64,000 nucleotides of DNA, taken from NCBI GenBank assembly GCA_025457915.1, contig JALOTL010000018.1:8791-72790 (forward strand). Direction: 5' to 3'. The first letter of the stretch is position 1, and each line of letters begins with the position of its first letter. Source of the DNA: Spirochaetota bacterium (lineage in GTDB: Bacteria > Spirochaetota > UBA4802 > UBA5550). A program made the translations under genes and the position numbers. The notes under the pieces were generated by a model. The model was not told where the DNA came from and searched no databases. It saw only the letters and a list, made by a program, of their open reading frames with translations. This document shows positions 29,650 through 38,681 of this stretch, piece by piece.

Positions 29650-30501
29650 ATGATCATCAACCACAATTTACCGGCAATTAATGCCAACAGGGTTTTAAAG
29701 TTCAACGGATGGAGCGTTGAAGGAAACATGCAGAAGCTTTCATCTGGACTGAGGATCAACAAGTCCGGCGACGATGCGTCGGGTCTTGCTGTATCCGAAA
29801 AGATGAGGACCCAGATCCAGGGATTGAGGCAGGCTGAGAGGAACACCGAGGACGGTATGTCTTTCGTGCAGACCGCCGAGGGATACCTCAACCAGACTTC
29901 CAGCATAGTCCAGAGGATCAGGGTGCTTGCGGTCCAGTCGGCCAACGGCATCTACACGAACCAGGACAGGCAGCTCATACAGGTTGAGGTGTCGGCCCTG
30001 GTCGACGAGGTCGACAGGATGGCTTCGCAGGCGGAGTTCAACAAGTTCAAGATTTTAACCGGAGATTATTCAAGGGTCAATCCAAAGGCCAGCATGTGGT
30101 TCCACATGGGCCCGAACCAGAATCAGAGGGAGAGGGTTTATGTCGGCACCATGACGGCTGCGTCGTTCAGCTTCAAAGACGGCGCGGGCAAGGTCACGGT
30201 CAGCCTTTCCACTCCCGGCGGCTCCAATGCCGCGATAGGCGTGATGGACACCGCCCTCCAGAGGCTTTCAAAGCAGAGAGCGGACCTGGGCGCCTATTAC
30301 AACAGGATGGATATGGCTTCCAAGGGACTCATGAACGCCTATGAGAACATCCAGGCGTCCGAGTCCAGGATAAGGGACGCCGATATGGCTGAGGAAATGG
30401 TGGATTTCGTTAAAAACCAGATCCTCGTCCAGACCGGCACCACGATGCTCGCGCAGGCCAACATACAGGGCCACGGAGTGCTGAGACTGCTGGGCATGTG
30501 A
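29650..30501 (+). CDS. flaB: flagellar filament core protein FlaB (spirochaete-type flagellin)
   Basis: N-terminus [19 protein letters not shown], conserved flagellin N and C domains (..[14 protein letters not shown]), ~283 aa. AAGGAG RBS. Confidence 0.9.
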   Translation: MIINHNLPAINANRVLKFNGWSVEGNMQKLSSGLRINKSGDDASGLAVSEKMRTQIQGLRQAERNTEDGMSFVQTAEGYLNQTSSIVQRIRVLAVQSANGIYTNQDRQLIQVEVSALVDEVDRMASQAEFNKFKILTGDYSRVNPKASMWFHMGPNQNQRERVYVGTMTAASFSFKDGAGKVTVSLSTPGGSNAAIGVMDTALQRLSKQRADLGAYYNRMDMASKGLMNAYENIQASESRIRDADMAEEMVDFVKNQILVQTGTTMLAQANIQGHGVLRLLGM

Positions 30502-30829
30502 AGTGATTGACGGAGAACCTGTAAAACAAGTCATGTAAAACCGTTCTTTCAAAATTCGACCGATTCTCATACCTCCCGGACTTTTGTCCGGACTGTACAT
30601 AAACCGGCTATTCCGGCAGCTTGTGATGCTGGGAGGGCATCACCGGCTGTCGGAATAACGCATTCCGCAACCGGTGTTGCTTGGATCATGGGCAGTCCAG
30701 GACAACTTCAAGGAGACAACCTTCGGACCGCGTCTGGGGTCCCCTCCGGGTCAAGATGTCCCGGCGGAAAAACCCGAACCGTTATAGAAAAAAAACCGGC
30801 GGTTCCGAATCAACAAGGGAGGGATCAAT

Positions 30830-31675
30830 ATGAGAATCAATCACAACATGACGGCCATTTTCGCGAACAGGCAACTGCAGAAAGCCGAGACGAGGTACGA
30901 CAAGTCTCTCGAGAAGCTCTCTTCTGGCGAAGAAATCAACCGTGCCGGCGACGACGCCTCGGGTCTGGCTGTATCTGAAAAGATGCGCACCCAGATCAAC
31001 GGCCTCAAGATGGCGGAGAAGAACGCGATGAGCGGACTCTCCTTCATACAGGTCGCCGAGGGTTCGTTCCAGCAGCTCAGCGACATCCTTCAGAGGGTGA
31101 GGGCGCTGTCGGTACAGGCGGCGAACGGTATTTATTCAAACCAGGACAGGCAGATGATACAGCTTGAGGTTTCTCAGCTTATCGACGAGATAGACAGGAT
31201 CTCGACATCGGCGCAGTTCAACAACATGAAGATGCTGACCGGAAGGTTCGCCAAGGGGAGCCGCACCGGAAGCATGTTTTTTCATGTCGGCCCAAACAGG
31301 GACCAGCGCATCAGGGTCTACATATCGTCGGTCGGGTCAAAGCCGATGCACCTCAGGGACAGCGGCGGGGCCAAGAGGGGTATCTCCTCCGTAGGAAAGG
31401 CGAACTCGATGATCGGGTACGTCGACGACGCGCTCCTGGGCCTCAACAGGCAGAGGGCGGATCTCGGCGCCTACTACAACAGGATGGAGAACACCGCAAG
31501 GGCCCTGACGGAGACCTACGAGAACATGATGTCTGCCGATTCCAGGATAAGGGACACGGACATGGCGGCAGTGATGGTTGAATTCACAAAGGACCAGATT
31601 CTTGTTCAGACGGGTTCTGCGATGTTGGCTCAAGCGAACATTAAGCCGAAGCTGATGATGAAACTGTTTGAGTGA
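30830..31675 (+). CDS. flaB: flagellar filament core protein FlaB, second paralogue
   Basis: MRINHNMTAIFANRQL.., conserved flagellin termini, GGGAGGG RBS. Confidence 0.9.
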   Translation: MRINHNMTAIFANRQLQKAETRYDKSLEKLSSGEEINRAGDDASGLAVSEKMRTQINGLKMAEKNAMSGLSFIQVAEGSFQQLSDILQRVRALSVQAANGIYSNQDRQMIQLEVSQLIDEIDRISTSAQFNNMKMLTGRFAKGSRTGSMFFHVGPNRDQRIRVYISSVGSKPMHLRDSGGAKRGISSVGKANSMIGYVDDALLGLNRQRADLGAYYNRMENTARALTETYENMMSADSRIRDTDMAAVMVEFTKDQILVQTGSAMLAQANIKPKLMMKLFE

Positions 31676-31788
31676 GATTCATAATGGAGGCGCGCACGGC
31701 AGTGCTGCCCGCCTCAAACCCTCTCCGGTTGGGAGACCGGGGAGGGAAAATTTTTTCAGGGAGGATTATTTTAACACGGAGGTTTACA

Positions 31789-32130
31789 ATGAGCATTGAC
31801 AAAATCATATTTGAAAACCTCGACGGAGCCGGGCGGTACCAGGGGAACGGCTCCAGAAAAACTGAAGCTCAGGAGCCCGCGCCGATGAAGCCCGGCCGTG
31901 AGCCGACGAAGGACGAGGTGTACGAGGCCGTTGACAAGCTCAACCAGGCCGTCAAGGGACTTAATGAGAGGCTCTCGTTTGATTATCATGAAAAAATCAA
32001 CAGGGTGGTGGTAAGGGTTATAAATTCCGAAACCAACGAGGTCCTAAAAGAAATACCCCCCAGAGAGGTGGTTAGGCTGCTGGAAAGGCTCAGGGAATAC
32101 CTGGGGGTGTTCGTCGACGAACAGCGCTGA
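31789..32130 (+). CDS. flaG: FlaG-family flagellar protein
   Basis: C-terminal RLSFDYHEKINRVVVRVINSETNEVLKEIPPREVV is typical of FlaG. GGAGG RBS before the ATG at 31789. Confidence 0.75.
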   Translation: MSIDKIIFENLDGAGRYQGNGSRKTEAQEPAPMKPGREPTKDEVYEAVDKLNQAVKGLNERLSFDYHEKINRVVVRVINSETNEVLKEIPPREVVRLLERLREYLGVFVDEQR

Positions 32131-32151
32131 CGGGCGCGGCATTATCTCTAT

Positions 32152-32190
32152 CCGCGGAAGCGATGGTTCCATCGCGCGTATATTTTTTTG
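32152..32190 (+). terminator. intrinsic terminator after flaG
   Basis: GCGATGG / CCATCGC stem followed by a T7 run. Confidence 0.5.
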
Positions 32191-32326
32191 TCAATTTAAT
32201 AAATCCACCTTTACGCCCGGTAAACCGCTCCATTTTGAACGAACCCGGGTATTTTTTTCAGCGCCGTTATAAAATTCTTGCATTTTCGGGCGAACGTGGT
32301 CTTATTTCAGACCGGCTTTTTCGTCT

Positions 32327-33685
32327 ATGAACACAGCTGAAAGAAACATCCCCTTCAACATGGAAAACAGGATACCGGCCGGGAGCGGCAAACAGGCCGG
32401 GCCCAGGATCCTGCTGATACTCACGGAATTCCCGCCGAAGATCGGCGGCATGCAGACCCACGCCTATTACCTGGCGATGACGCTCTATTCAAGGGGCTAC
32501 GCGATCCGGGTCATCTCATACGTGCCTGAAGACGACGAAGAGGAGTCCGCCGTCAGGGAGCACGATTCGGTCCTGCCGTTCACGGTAAGCAGGGTGCTGA
32601 GCAGGATAGGGTTCTGGAAAAACCTGAGCAGGCTGGACCGCATGGGGAAGGAATTCTCGCCGGACATCGTGTATTCTTCCACGGTGTTCTACGGGTTCCT
32701 CGGGCCGATGCTCGGGGTGCCCGTGGTTTCCAGGTCGGTCGGCAATGACGTGCTGCGGCCCTGGATAGTGTATCCCTTCCGCCTTGGATGCGGCGTCCTC
32801 TCCAATCCCTGGATAGAGCGGAGGCTCTATAATTTTTTCAAGGGGCTGAAGGGACCGGACTGGGTGGACAGGCTTTTCAGGCGGACGCGGAGAAGGATCA
32901 TGACCGAATCGGTGATGAAGATCAGCAGGATATTCGCGAACAGCGAATTCACGGCGAACCTGCTCTACGGGCTTGGGGTGCCGAGGGAAAGGATAGACAT
33001 GGTGGTCGGCGGCGTCGATTCAGCGGTATTCGATCCGGCCGGCATGACGGGGAAGGGACTGCGGCAGTCGCTCGGCCTGCCGGAGGAGGGATTTATCATT
33101 TTAACCGCCTGCAGGCTTGTTGAAAAGAAGGGCATAGATTTCCTCCTGTCCTCCATGCCGGGAGTGCTGGAAAAAATACCGTCGGCCAGGCTTCTCATAG
33201 TGGGGGACGGTCCGCTGGCGGACAGGTACAGGGCCCTTTCCGAGTCGCTCGGCCTTGGCGGCCGGGTCATATTCGCCGGCCGGGTCCCTCACGGATCCAT
33301 AAGGAGTTATTACTGGTGCAGCGACGTGTTCGTGCTGGCAAGCAGGGAACGGGTCCATCCCAAACTCGGGGTCAGGGACGCGGAGACCATGGGAAGGGTG
33401 CTGTGCGAGGCGAACGCCGCGGGGCTTCCGGTGCTGGCATCCTCCTCCGGCGGAATAAACAGCGTTATCGTTGCGGGAGAAAACGGCCTTCTCTTTGAAA
33501 CCGGGAATAGTGAAGATTTCATCGGCAAGCTGGTGCGTCTTAAAAGGGACAGGTCCCTGGCCGGAAAGATTTCAAGGGCCGGCCTCAGGGCGGCAAGGGA
33601 AAGGTTCGACTGGTCGGTGGTCATCGGCGCTCACGAGAGGGTTTTCGAGGAGCTCGCCGGCGTGAAAAACCGGGGACGGTTATAA
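32327..33685 (+). CDS. GT-B glycosyltransferase (family 4 / group 1)
   Basis: C-terminal EANAAGLPVLASSSGGINSVIVAGENGLLF (E-x7-E region). Confidence 0.8.
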   Translation: MNTAERNIPFNMENRIPAGSGKQAGPRILLILTEFPPKIGGMQTHAYYLAMTLYSRGYAIRVISYVPEDDEEESAVREHDSVLPFTVSRVLSRIGFWKNLSRLDRMGKEFSPDIVYSSTVFYGFLGPMLGVPVVSRSVGNDVLRPWIVYPFRLGCGVLSNPWIERRLYNFFKGLKGPDWVDRLFRRTRRRIMTESVMKISRIFANSEFTANLLYGLGVPRERIDMVVGGVDSAVFDPAGMTGKGLRQSLGLPEEGFIILTACRLVEKKGIDFLLSSMPGVLEKIPSARLLIVGDGPLADRYRALSESLGLGGRVIFAGRVPHGSIRSYYWCSDVFVLASRERVHPKLGVRDAETMGRVLCEANAAGLPVLASSSGGINSVIVAGENGLLFETGNSEDFIGKLVRLKRDRSLAGKISRAGLRAARERFDWSVVIGAHERVFEELAGVKNRGRL

Positions 33686-33771
33686 TGTTTTTTTCCGGCG
33701 TTCCGCGCGATAGATGGAAGGTTTTTAAAAAACCCCGCTGAGATCAGGCCGGACCTGCTCGGGCAGCCCCC

Positions 33772-34875
33772 TTACAGCTCGAATGAATATCCCGCTCCCG
33801 CGCTGATGGCGATCTGCTGGCTTTCGAGCCTGTTGTCGATGTTTCCGGTCAATCCGGGAAAATTCATGTAAAACGCCTCGGCCGGGGTGGAGCCGTTTTT
33901 GACGTCCGCCAGGTAGTTCACGAGGGTGAAATACGAGGGATAGTTGTACTGCCTCTGCGTCCCCTTCATGAGTATGTAAGTATAATCGAACCCGAGTGTA
34001 AAAAAAACGCCTGAATCGAACCTGTATTTCACGTTGAAAAGCGTCATCACGGTCGCGTATCCCATCGCCCTGTCGCGGGACATCCTCGCCCTCAGGATAT
34101 GGTCGTCCCTGTCGAGGGCGTAGTTGAAAGGCGAGTACTTCAGTCCCAGATTGAAATCCAGGCTGTCGCTGAAGAAAGAAAGCTTTATCGCGCCGGACAG
34201 GTGGGGGATGAAGTATTTGAGCTCGTATGTAAGGGTCCTGCCGCCGATGATGTCGAAGTAAACGGGTTTTCCGTAGATCACGTTCGACGCGTCCACCTGC
34301 GCGACGTTGCTGCAGGTGAAATCGAAATACTGGTGCATGAACCCGAGCCCGAGCCTCAGGCTGAACGGACCATCCTCGACCGCGGTGAAAAGCGCGTCGA
34401 TGTGGCTGATGATCGCGTCCATCCTGGCGGTGCTTTCCGAGTATATGGTCTGGATGCCTGAAATGGTCCAGTCAGTGTCTTCCATGTGTCCAGTCTTAGG
34501 GCTCACGCTTTTTTTAAAGCCGGCCTCGATGGTCATGAACCCCGGGTAATTCAGGATGGCTTTCCCGTAGACCATCCAGGTTTCCAGGGGAAATTTGAGC
34601 TCGCTCAGCGGGAACCATATTTTAATGTTCGGATACCAGTAGGGGAAATAGTTCATCCGGCCGCTGGTGTTCCCGCCTATCTGGTATTTCGTGTAGCCGT
34701 AGTACCTGTCAACCCCGGTCTCGATGCCGATTGAGGTTTTTTTGACACGGTCCTGCTTCGCGGATTGTCCGCCTTCGGCGGAAAGGGGCGCGGCTGAAAT
34801 AATTAACGCGAAGATGATCGCGGAGGCCGCTGCTGCGGCAGTTGTGACATGGTGATTTTTATTCATCCGGAGCAT
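33772..34875 (-). CDS. omptin-like outer-membrane beta-barrel (catalytic motifs present)
   Basis: GHMEDTDW and DRDDHIL correspond to the OmpT Asp83/Asp85 and Asp210/His212 motifs. Ends ..GAGYSFEL. The likely start is MLRMNKNHH at 34875. Confidence 0.6.
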   Translation of the reverse strand: MLRMNKNHHVTTAAAAASAIIFALIISAAPLSAEGGQSAKQDRVKKTSIGIETGVDRYYGYTKYQIGGNTSGRMNYFPYWYPNIKIWFPLSELKFPLETWMVYGKAILNYPGFMTIEAGFKKSVSPKTGHMEDTDWTISGIQTIYSESTARMDAIISHIDALFTAVEDGPFSLRLGLGFMHQYFDFTCSNVAQVDASNVIYGKPVYFDIIGGRTLTYELKYFIPHLSGAIKLSFFSDSLDFNLGLKYSPFNYALDRDDHILRARMSRDRAMGYATVMTLFNVKYRFDSGVFFTLGFDYTYILMKGTQRQYNYPSYFTLVNYLADVKNGSTPAEAFYMNFPGLTGNIDNRLESQQIAISAGAGYSFEL

Positions 34876-34909
34876 TGCTTGTTTTCCTGAAGCCGTGTGA
34901 CCGGGGTAT

Positions 34910-35908
34910 TCAGAGTCCGAAGGAATATCCGACGCCGAGATTGATGGATATCTGCTGGCTCTCGTTTTTGTTTTCGAGTTTGCCATTATATCCACCCTGG
35001 ATGGATCCGCCCACAATCCTCTGCAGGTTGAGGAGGGAGATGTAATAATACTGCTTCTGCACGCCGTTCGTCAGCAGGTAGAGATAGTCCAGCCCCAGTG
35101 TGAAGAAAATACCGCTGTCCGTGACGTATTTCGCGTTGAAAAGCCCCATGTATGTCCTGTGTCCCTTACCCTTCCCTTTGCTTTTTTTGCCGTTGAGTAT
35201 GTAATCGTCGACGTCGGTGGCCCTGGTCAGCGGCGAATACTTGAAGCCGGTGGTGAAAGACAGTTTGTTTTCCATGAACCTGAAAACCGGGAGGACCTCG
35301 ACGTACGGGATGAAATATTCGAGCTTGTATGAGCGGTTTTTCCCCCTTAAAACGGATATGGAGGGGCTGCCGGAGGCAAGCTCCCACCGGACCAGGTTGC
35401 TGCAGCTGATTTCATAATTCTGGTAAAGAAAACCCGCGCCGAGTTTAAGCGAAAGGGGGCCGGCAGAAAAAATGGAGAATGCCAGGTCCGTGTCGCTGAA
35501 AACCGCCTTGATTTTTGAATCGCTGTCGGCATAAGCGGTCTTTGCTCCCGGGAACCCCCATCCGGATTCCTTCATTTTTCCGGCCCCGGTTTTCAGGCTT
35601 TTTTTCACTCCGGACTGCACCGAGAAAAATTTGAAAAAATTCATGGAGATGTTCCCGTTGAACATCCAGGTGTCGAGCGGGAACCTGAGCTCGCTTGCCG
35701 GAAACCAGTATGGATAGAAACCGGAGATGCCCTTCCACAGGCCGCCCGTCTGGCTTTTCGTGAATCCGAGGTATTTTCCTGCGCCTGCTTCAACGTTTAT
35801 TTCAATGTCGCTGGACGCCTGCCCCCGGGTCTTTTCCTGCGCGAAAAGGGATGGCACGCTTGCGAGGATCAATAAAAACAGGGAAGCGGGAAGCAAAATT
35901 TTTTTCAT
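34910..35908 (-). CDS. omptin-like beta-barrel, catalytic residues substituted
   Basis: Paralogue of its neighbours, but the motifs read KMKESGW and DVDDYIL. Signal MKKILLPASLFLLILASVPSLFA. Confidence 0.6.
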   Translation of the reverse strand: MKKILLPASLFLLILASVPSLFAQEKTRGQASSDIEINVEAGAGKYLGFTKSQTGGLWKGISGFYPYWFPASELRFPLDTWMFNGNISMNFFKFFSVQSGVKKSLKTGAGKMKESGWGFPGAKTAYADSDSKIKAVFSDTDLAFSIFSAGPLSLKLGAGFLYQNYEISCSNLVRWELASGSPSISVLRGKNRSYKLEYFIPYVEVLPVFRFMENKLSFTTGFKYSPLTRATDVDDYILNGKKSKGKGKGHRTYMGLFNAKYVTDSGIFFTLGLDYLYLLTNGVQKQYYYISLLNLQRIVGGSIQGGYNGKLENKNESQQISINLGVGYSFGL

Positions 35909-36026
35909 TTTTTAATACCGTAAAAATTTTTTATGCCTCCATGTTTTATCGTTTTAAAAAAGGCGTATGTCAAGCATAAATTGGGGATGGAATTCATGGC
36001 CGTGCCTGCCGGGCGCCGGATAAAAC

Positions 36027-36054
36027 TTCAGGCCGTCATCAATGACGGCCTGAA
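36027..36054 (-). terminator. intrinsic terminator after the 36080 gene
   Basis: TTCAGGCCGTCAT..ATGACGGCCTGAA perfect palindrome, followed on the minus strand by a T-rich stretch. Confidence 0.55.
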
Positions 36055-36079
36055 AAACAAGTTCATGACGGACATCGGA

Positions 36080-37075
36080 TTACAGGATGCCTATTGAATA
36101 TCCGACGCCGAAGTTTACCGATATCTGCCTGCTCTCGTATTTATTCTGGAGCTTCCCGTTATAACCCGGGAAAAGAGATGACCAGCTTGACAGGTTGTAA
36201 AGCGAATAGTAATAATACTGCTTCTGGTGGCCTTTATTGGTTATTATATAGATGTAATCCGCGCCTACTGTTAAATAGACCCTGCTGTCGAACATGTATT
36301 TCATGTTGAACAGGCCCATCAAAGTCTTGTTTCCCTTTGCTGATCCTTTGTTAAGCTTGCCCCTCAGTATATGGTCGTCCACGTCTTTCGCCCAGTTGTA
36401 CGGAGAATACTTGAACCCGGCAGTTAACACGAGTTTGTCGTTCATGAAGCTGAACACCGGCCGGGTCTCCGCGTATGGAATATAGTATTCGACCCTGTAT
36501 GTAATTCCCTTTCCGCCGAGCGCTATTACCGACGGATAGGGACCAGACGAGTCGACCTGAACGACGTTGCTGCAGCTGAAATCGAAATTCTGGTATAGGA
36601 ATCCCGCTCCCAGCCTGAAGGAAAACGGCCCGGCGGAGAAGAGGGTGGCGAGGATGCCGCTGTCGCTGGTGACGGCCTTGACCCTGTTGTCGCTTTCAGA
36701 GAGGATAGTCCTCAATCCCGGGAGTGTCCAGTCGGAGTCCTTCATTTTGCCGCTTTTCGGCACGAAGCTTTTTTTCACATTGGACTCAACGGTAAGGACC
36801 TTGAAAATGCTGATCGAAAGGTTGCCGTTGAACATCCATGTGTCGATCGGGAATTTCAGTTCGCTTATCGGGAACCAGTAGGGATAAATACCGTCGATAC
36901 CCGTCCAGAGGCCGCCTATCTGGTACTTGGTGAAGCCGAAATGCTTGCTCACGCCCGCGTCCAGATTGATCTCGAGGTCCTTCCGGACGGAGCCCGATGT
37001 TTCGGCCTCTTCAGCCCATGCGACGGCGTTGAATAAAAAATATGACAATACAAAGGCCGTGATTATTCTATGCAT
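36080..37075 (-). CDS. omptin-like outer-membrane beta-barrel (catalytic motifs present)
   Basis: GKMKDSDW (Asp113/Asp115) and DVDDHIL (Asp233/His235). Minus a ~21-aa signal these fall near OmpT positions 83/85 and 210/212. LGAGFLYQNFDFS is comparable to OmpT LMAGYQESRYSF. Confidence 0.65.
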   Translation of the reverse strand: MHRIITAFVLSYFLFNAVAWAEEAETSGSVRKDLEINLDAGVSKHFGFTKYQIGGLWTGIDGIYPYWFPISELKFPIDTWMFNGNLSISIFKVLTVESNVKKSFVPKSGKMKDSDWTLPGLRTILSESDNRVKAVTSDSGILATLFSAGPFSFRLGAGFLYQNFDFSCSNVVQVDSSGPYPSVIALGGKGITYRVEYYIPYAETRPVFSFMNDKLVLTAGFKYSPYNWAKDVDDHILRGKLNKGSAKGNKTLMGLFNMKYMFDSRVYLTVGADYIYIITNKGHQKQYYYYSLYNLSSWSSLFPGYNGKLQNKYESRQISVNFGVGYSIGIL

Positions 37076-37273
37076 GATTCAACCTTCCTTTGTTCAGTAA
37101 TTGAATTGTTATTTGATATATATTACATGTTATACGTTTTATTAGAGCAAATATATTTTGATGATTCATTTTTTTTTAATATTATTTAGTATATTTTATC
37201 ATAAAAAGGCCGGAAATTATATGAAATGTGCATATTTTGATGATTGTAAATCCTGATGTTTTTTTCGGATGAT

Positions 37274-37300
37274 GGAACTTCTGCTCACTAAACGCGGTCA
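37274..37300 (+). promoter_or_regulatory. ECF-type promoter candidate
   Basis: GGAAC - 16 nt - CGGTC, about 20 nt upstream of the CpxP-like/ECF operon. Confidence 0.3.
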
Positions 37301-37314
37301 TCATTATTAAAAAC

Positions 37315-37791
37315 ATGATATGTATGGAGGAAATTATGTCGAATCTAAAGCTTGCAAACCGCGCCGCGGTCGTAGTATTCACGGCAGGGGCTCTTCTTAT
37401 GCTTGGATGCGGCCATGGCGGATGGCACGGCGGATCGATCGAAAAGAAGGCCGATAAATTCGCCGAAAGGATAGCTTCCAGGCTCGATCTTAATGCCGAC
37501 CAGAAAAAGCTCCTGGTCAGGATCAAGACCGAGGCGGTAGAGAAGATCAAGTCCCAGAAGCCGCAGAGGATAAAGCTCAACGAAGACCTTTCGGCCCTCG
37601 TCAAGAGCGGGACCCTTGATAAAAAGAAACTCCTCGACCTCAGGCAGAAAAAGACCGCGCTTAACCGCGAGATGGAGGACTTCGTGATCGACAGGGTGAT
37701 CGAGCTCTACAAGACCCTGACGCCGGAGCAGAGGCAGAAGGCCGCCGAGCACCTCTCGAAGATCGGCGGAAGAATGAAGGACAGGCAGTAA
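37315..37791 (+). CDS. Spy/CpxP-like periplasmic protein (LTxxQ motif), lipoprotein
   Basis: LMLGCG lipobox, LTPEQRQKAAEHL motif, helical and Lys-rich. Confidence 0.6.
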   Translation: MICMEEIMSNLKLANRAAVVVFTAGALLMLGCGHGGWHGGSIEKKADKFAERIASRLDLNADQKKLLVRIKTEAVEKIKSQKPQRIKLNEDLSALVKSGTLDKKKLLDLRQKKTALNREMEDFVIDRVIELYKTLTPEQRQKAAEHLSKIGGRMKDRQ

Positions 37792-37822
37792 AAGGCCCTT
37801 GCGCGGCCGCGTCTGATTCGAT

Positions 37823-38326
37823 ATGACGGACAGGGAATTCCAGGAAATATTTTCCAGTACCAAGCGCGCCGTGCTGGCTGCAGTCGCGAAGTACCTTTCC
37901 GGGGACTTCGCCCACGCCATAGACGACGTGGTCCAGGAGACCTATATCAGGGCCTTCAGGGCGCTCGACAGGGGGCTCCTCAGGGACGGGGAGAAGGTCA
38001 GCTCCTATCTCTACGCGATAGCCAGGAACGAGTCCCTCAGGATGAACTCGAAGCTCATGAGGGAGGAGGAGAAGGGCAGGATGATGATCGGTATCGCCGG
38101 CCCGGCCCCAATCGAGGACGATAACGGCGCACCGTCGATGGAGGAGGTGCGCGGCGCTATAAAAAGGCTTCCGGAAAGGTATTCGACCGTGCTCGAGCTG
38201 CACTTCGACGGGTTCGGCGCCGGGGAGATATCCGAGAGGCTGAGCATCCCGGGGGGGACGGTAAAGTCAAGGACGTCCCGCGGAATAAAAAAACTCGTGA
38301 GGATTCTCGAGGCTGAAGGAGGGTGA
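37823..38326 (+). CDS. ECF-family RNA polymerase sigma factor
   Basis: Region 2 DVVQETYIRAFRAL and region 4 EISERLSIPGGTVKSRTSRGIKKL. Confidence 0.9.
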   Translation: MTDREFQEIFSSTKRAVLAAVAKYLSGDFAHAIDDVVQETYIRAFRALDRGLLRDGEKVSSYLYAIARNESLRMNSKLMREEEKGRMMIGIAGPAPIEDDNGAPSMEEVRGAIKRLPERYSTVLELHFDGFGAGEISERLSIPGGTVKSRTSRGIKKLVRILEAEGG

Positions 38327-38610
38327 TCATGGCTACAGACGGGTTCAAAGGGGAAATAATAAAGAGGCTTGAAAGCCATGAATGGGACAGGTCCATGTCG
38401 TCGCGCATTCTCGCTGCCAGGAGGGCGGCAGGGTACAGGCTCGCCGCGGCGGCGGCCTCGGTCGTGATCATGCTGTCCGCGGCGGTTTTTTCCTTTTACG
38501 GCGGGGAAGTGTCCTACCTGGCCTCCGGGCTGTTTAACGGTGAGGACCAGTTGACGTCGGAATGGACGTACGAAGCGGACGTCGCGTGGTATTACGCGAT
38601 GCTTGAATGA
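38323..38610 (+). CDS. putative membrane anti-sigma factor
   Basis: GTGA overlap with the sigma gene, and a single TM segment AAAAASVVIMLSAAVFSFY. Confidence 0.55.
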   Translation: MIMATDGFKGEIIKRLESHEWDRSMSSRILAARRAAGYRLAAAAASVVIMLSAAVFSFYGGEVSYLASGLFNGEDQLTSEWTYEADVAWYYAMLE

Positions 38611-38633
38611 TTTCACCGGTTTAACGAGGGAAC

Positions 38634-38664
38634 AAAAAAAGACCGGGAATACCGGTCTTTTTTT
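38634..38664. terminator. bidirectional intrinsic terminator
   Basis: AAAAAAA-GACCGG-gaata-CCGGTC-TTTTTTT, between convergent genes. Confidence 0.85.
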
Positions 38665-38681
38665 GTTCATGCGGTTTTACG

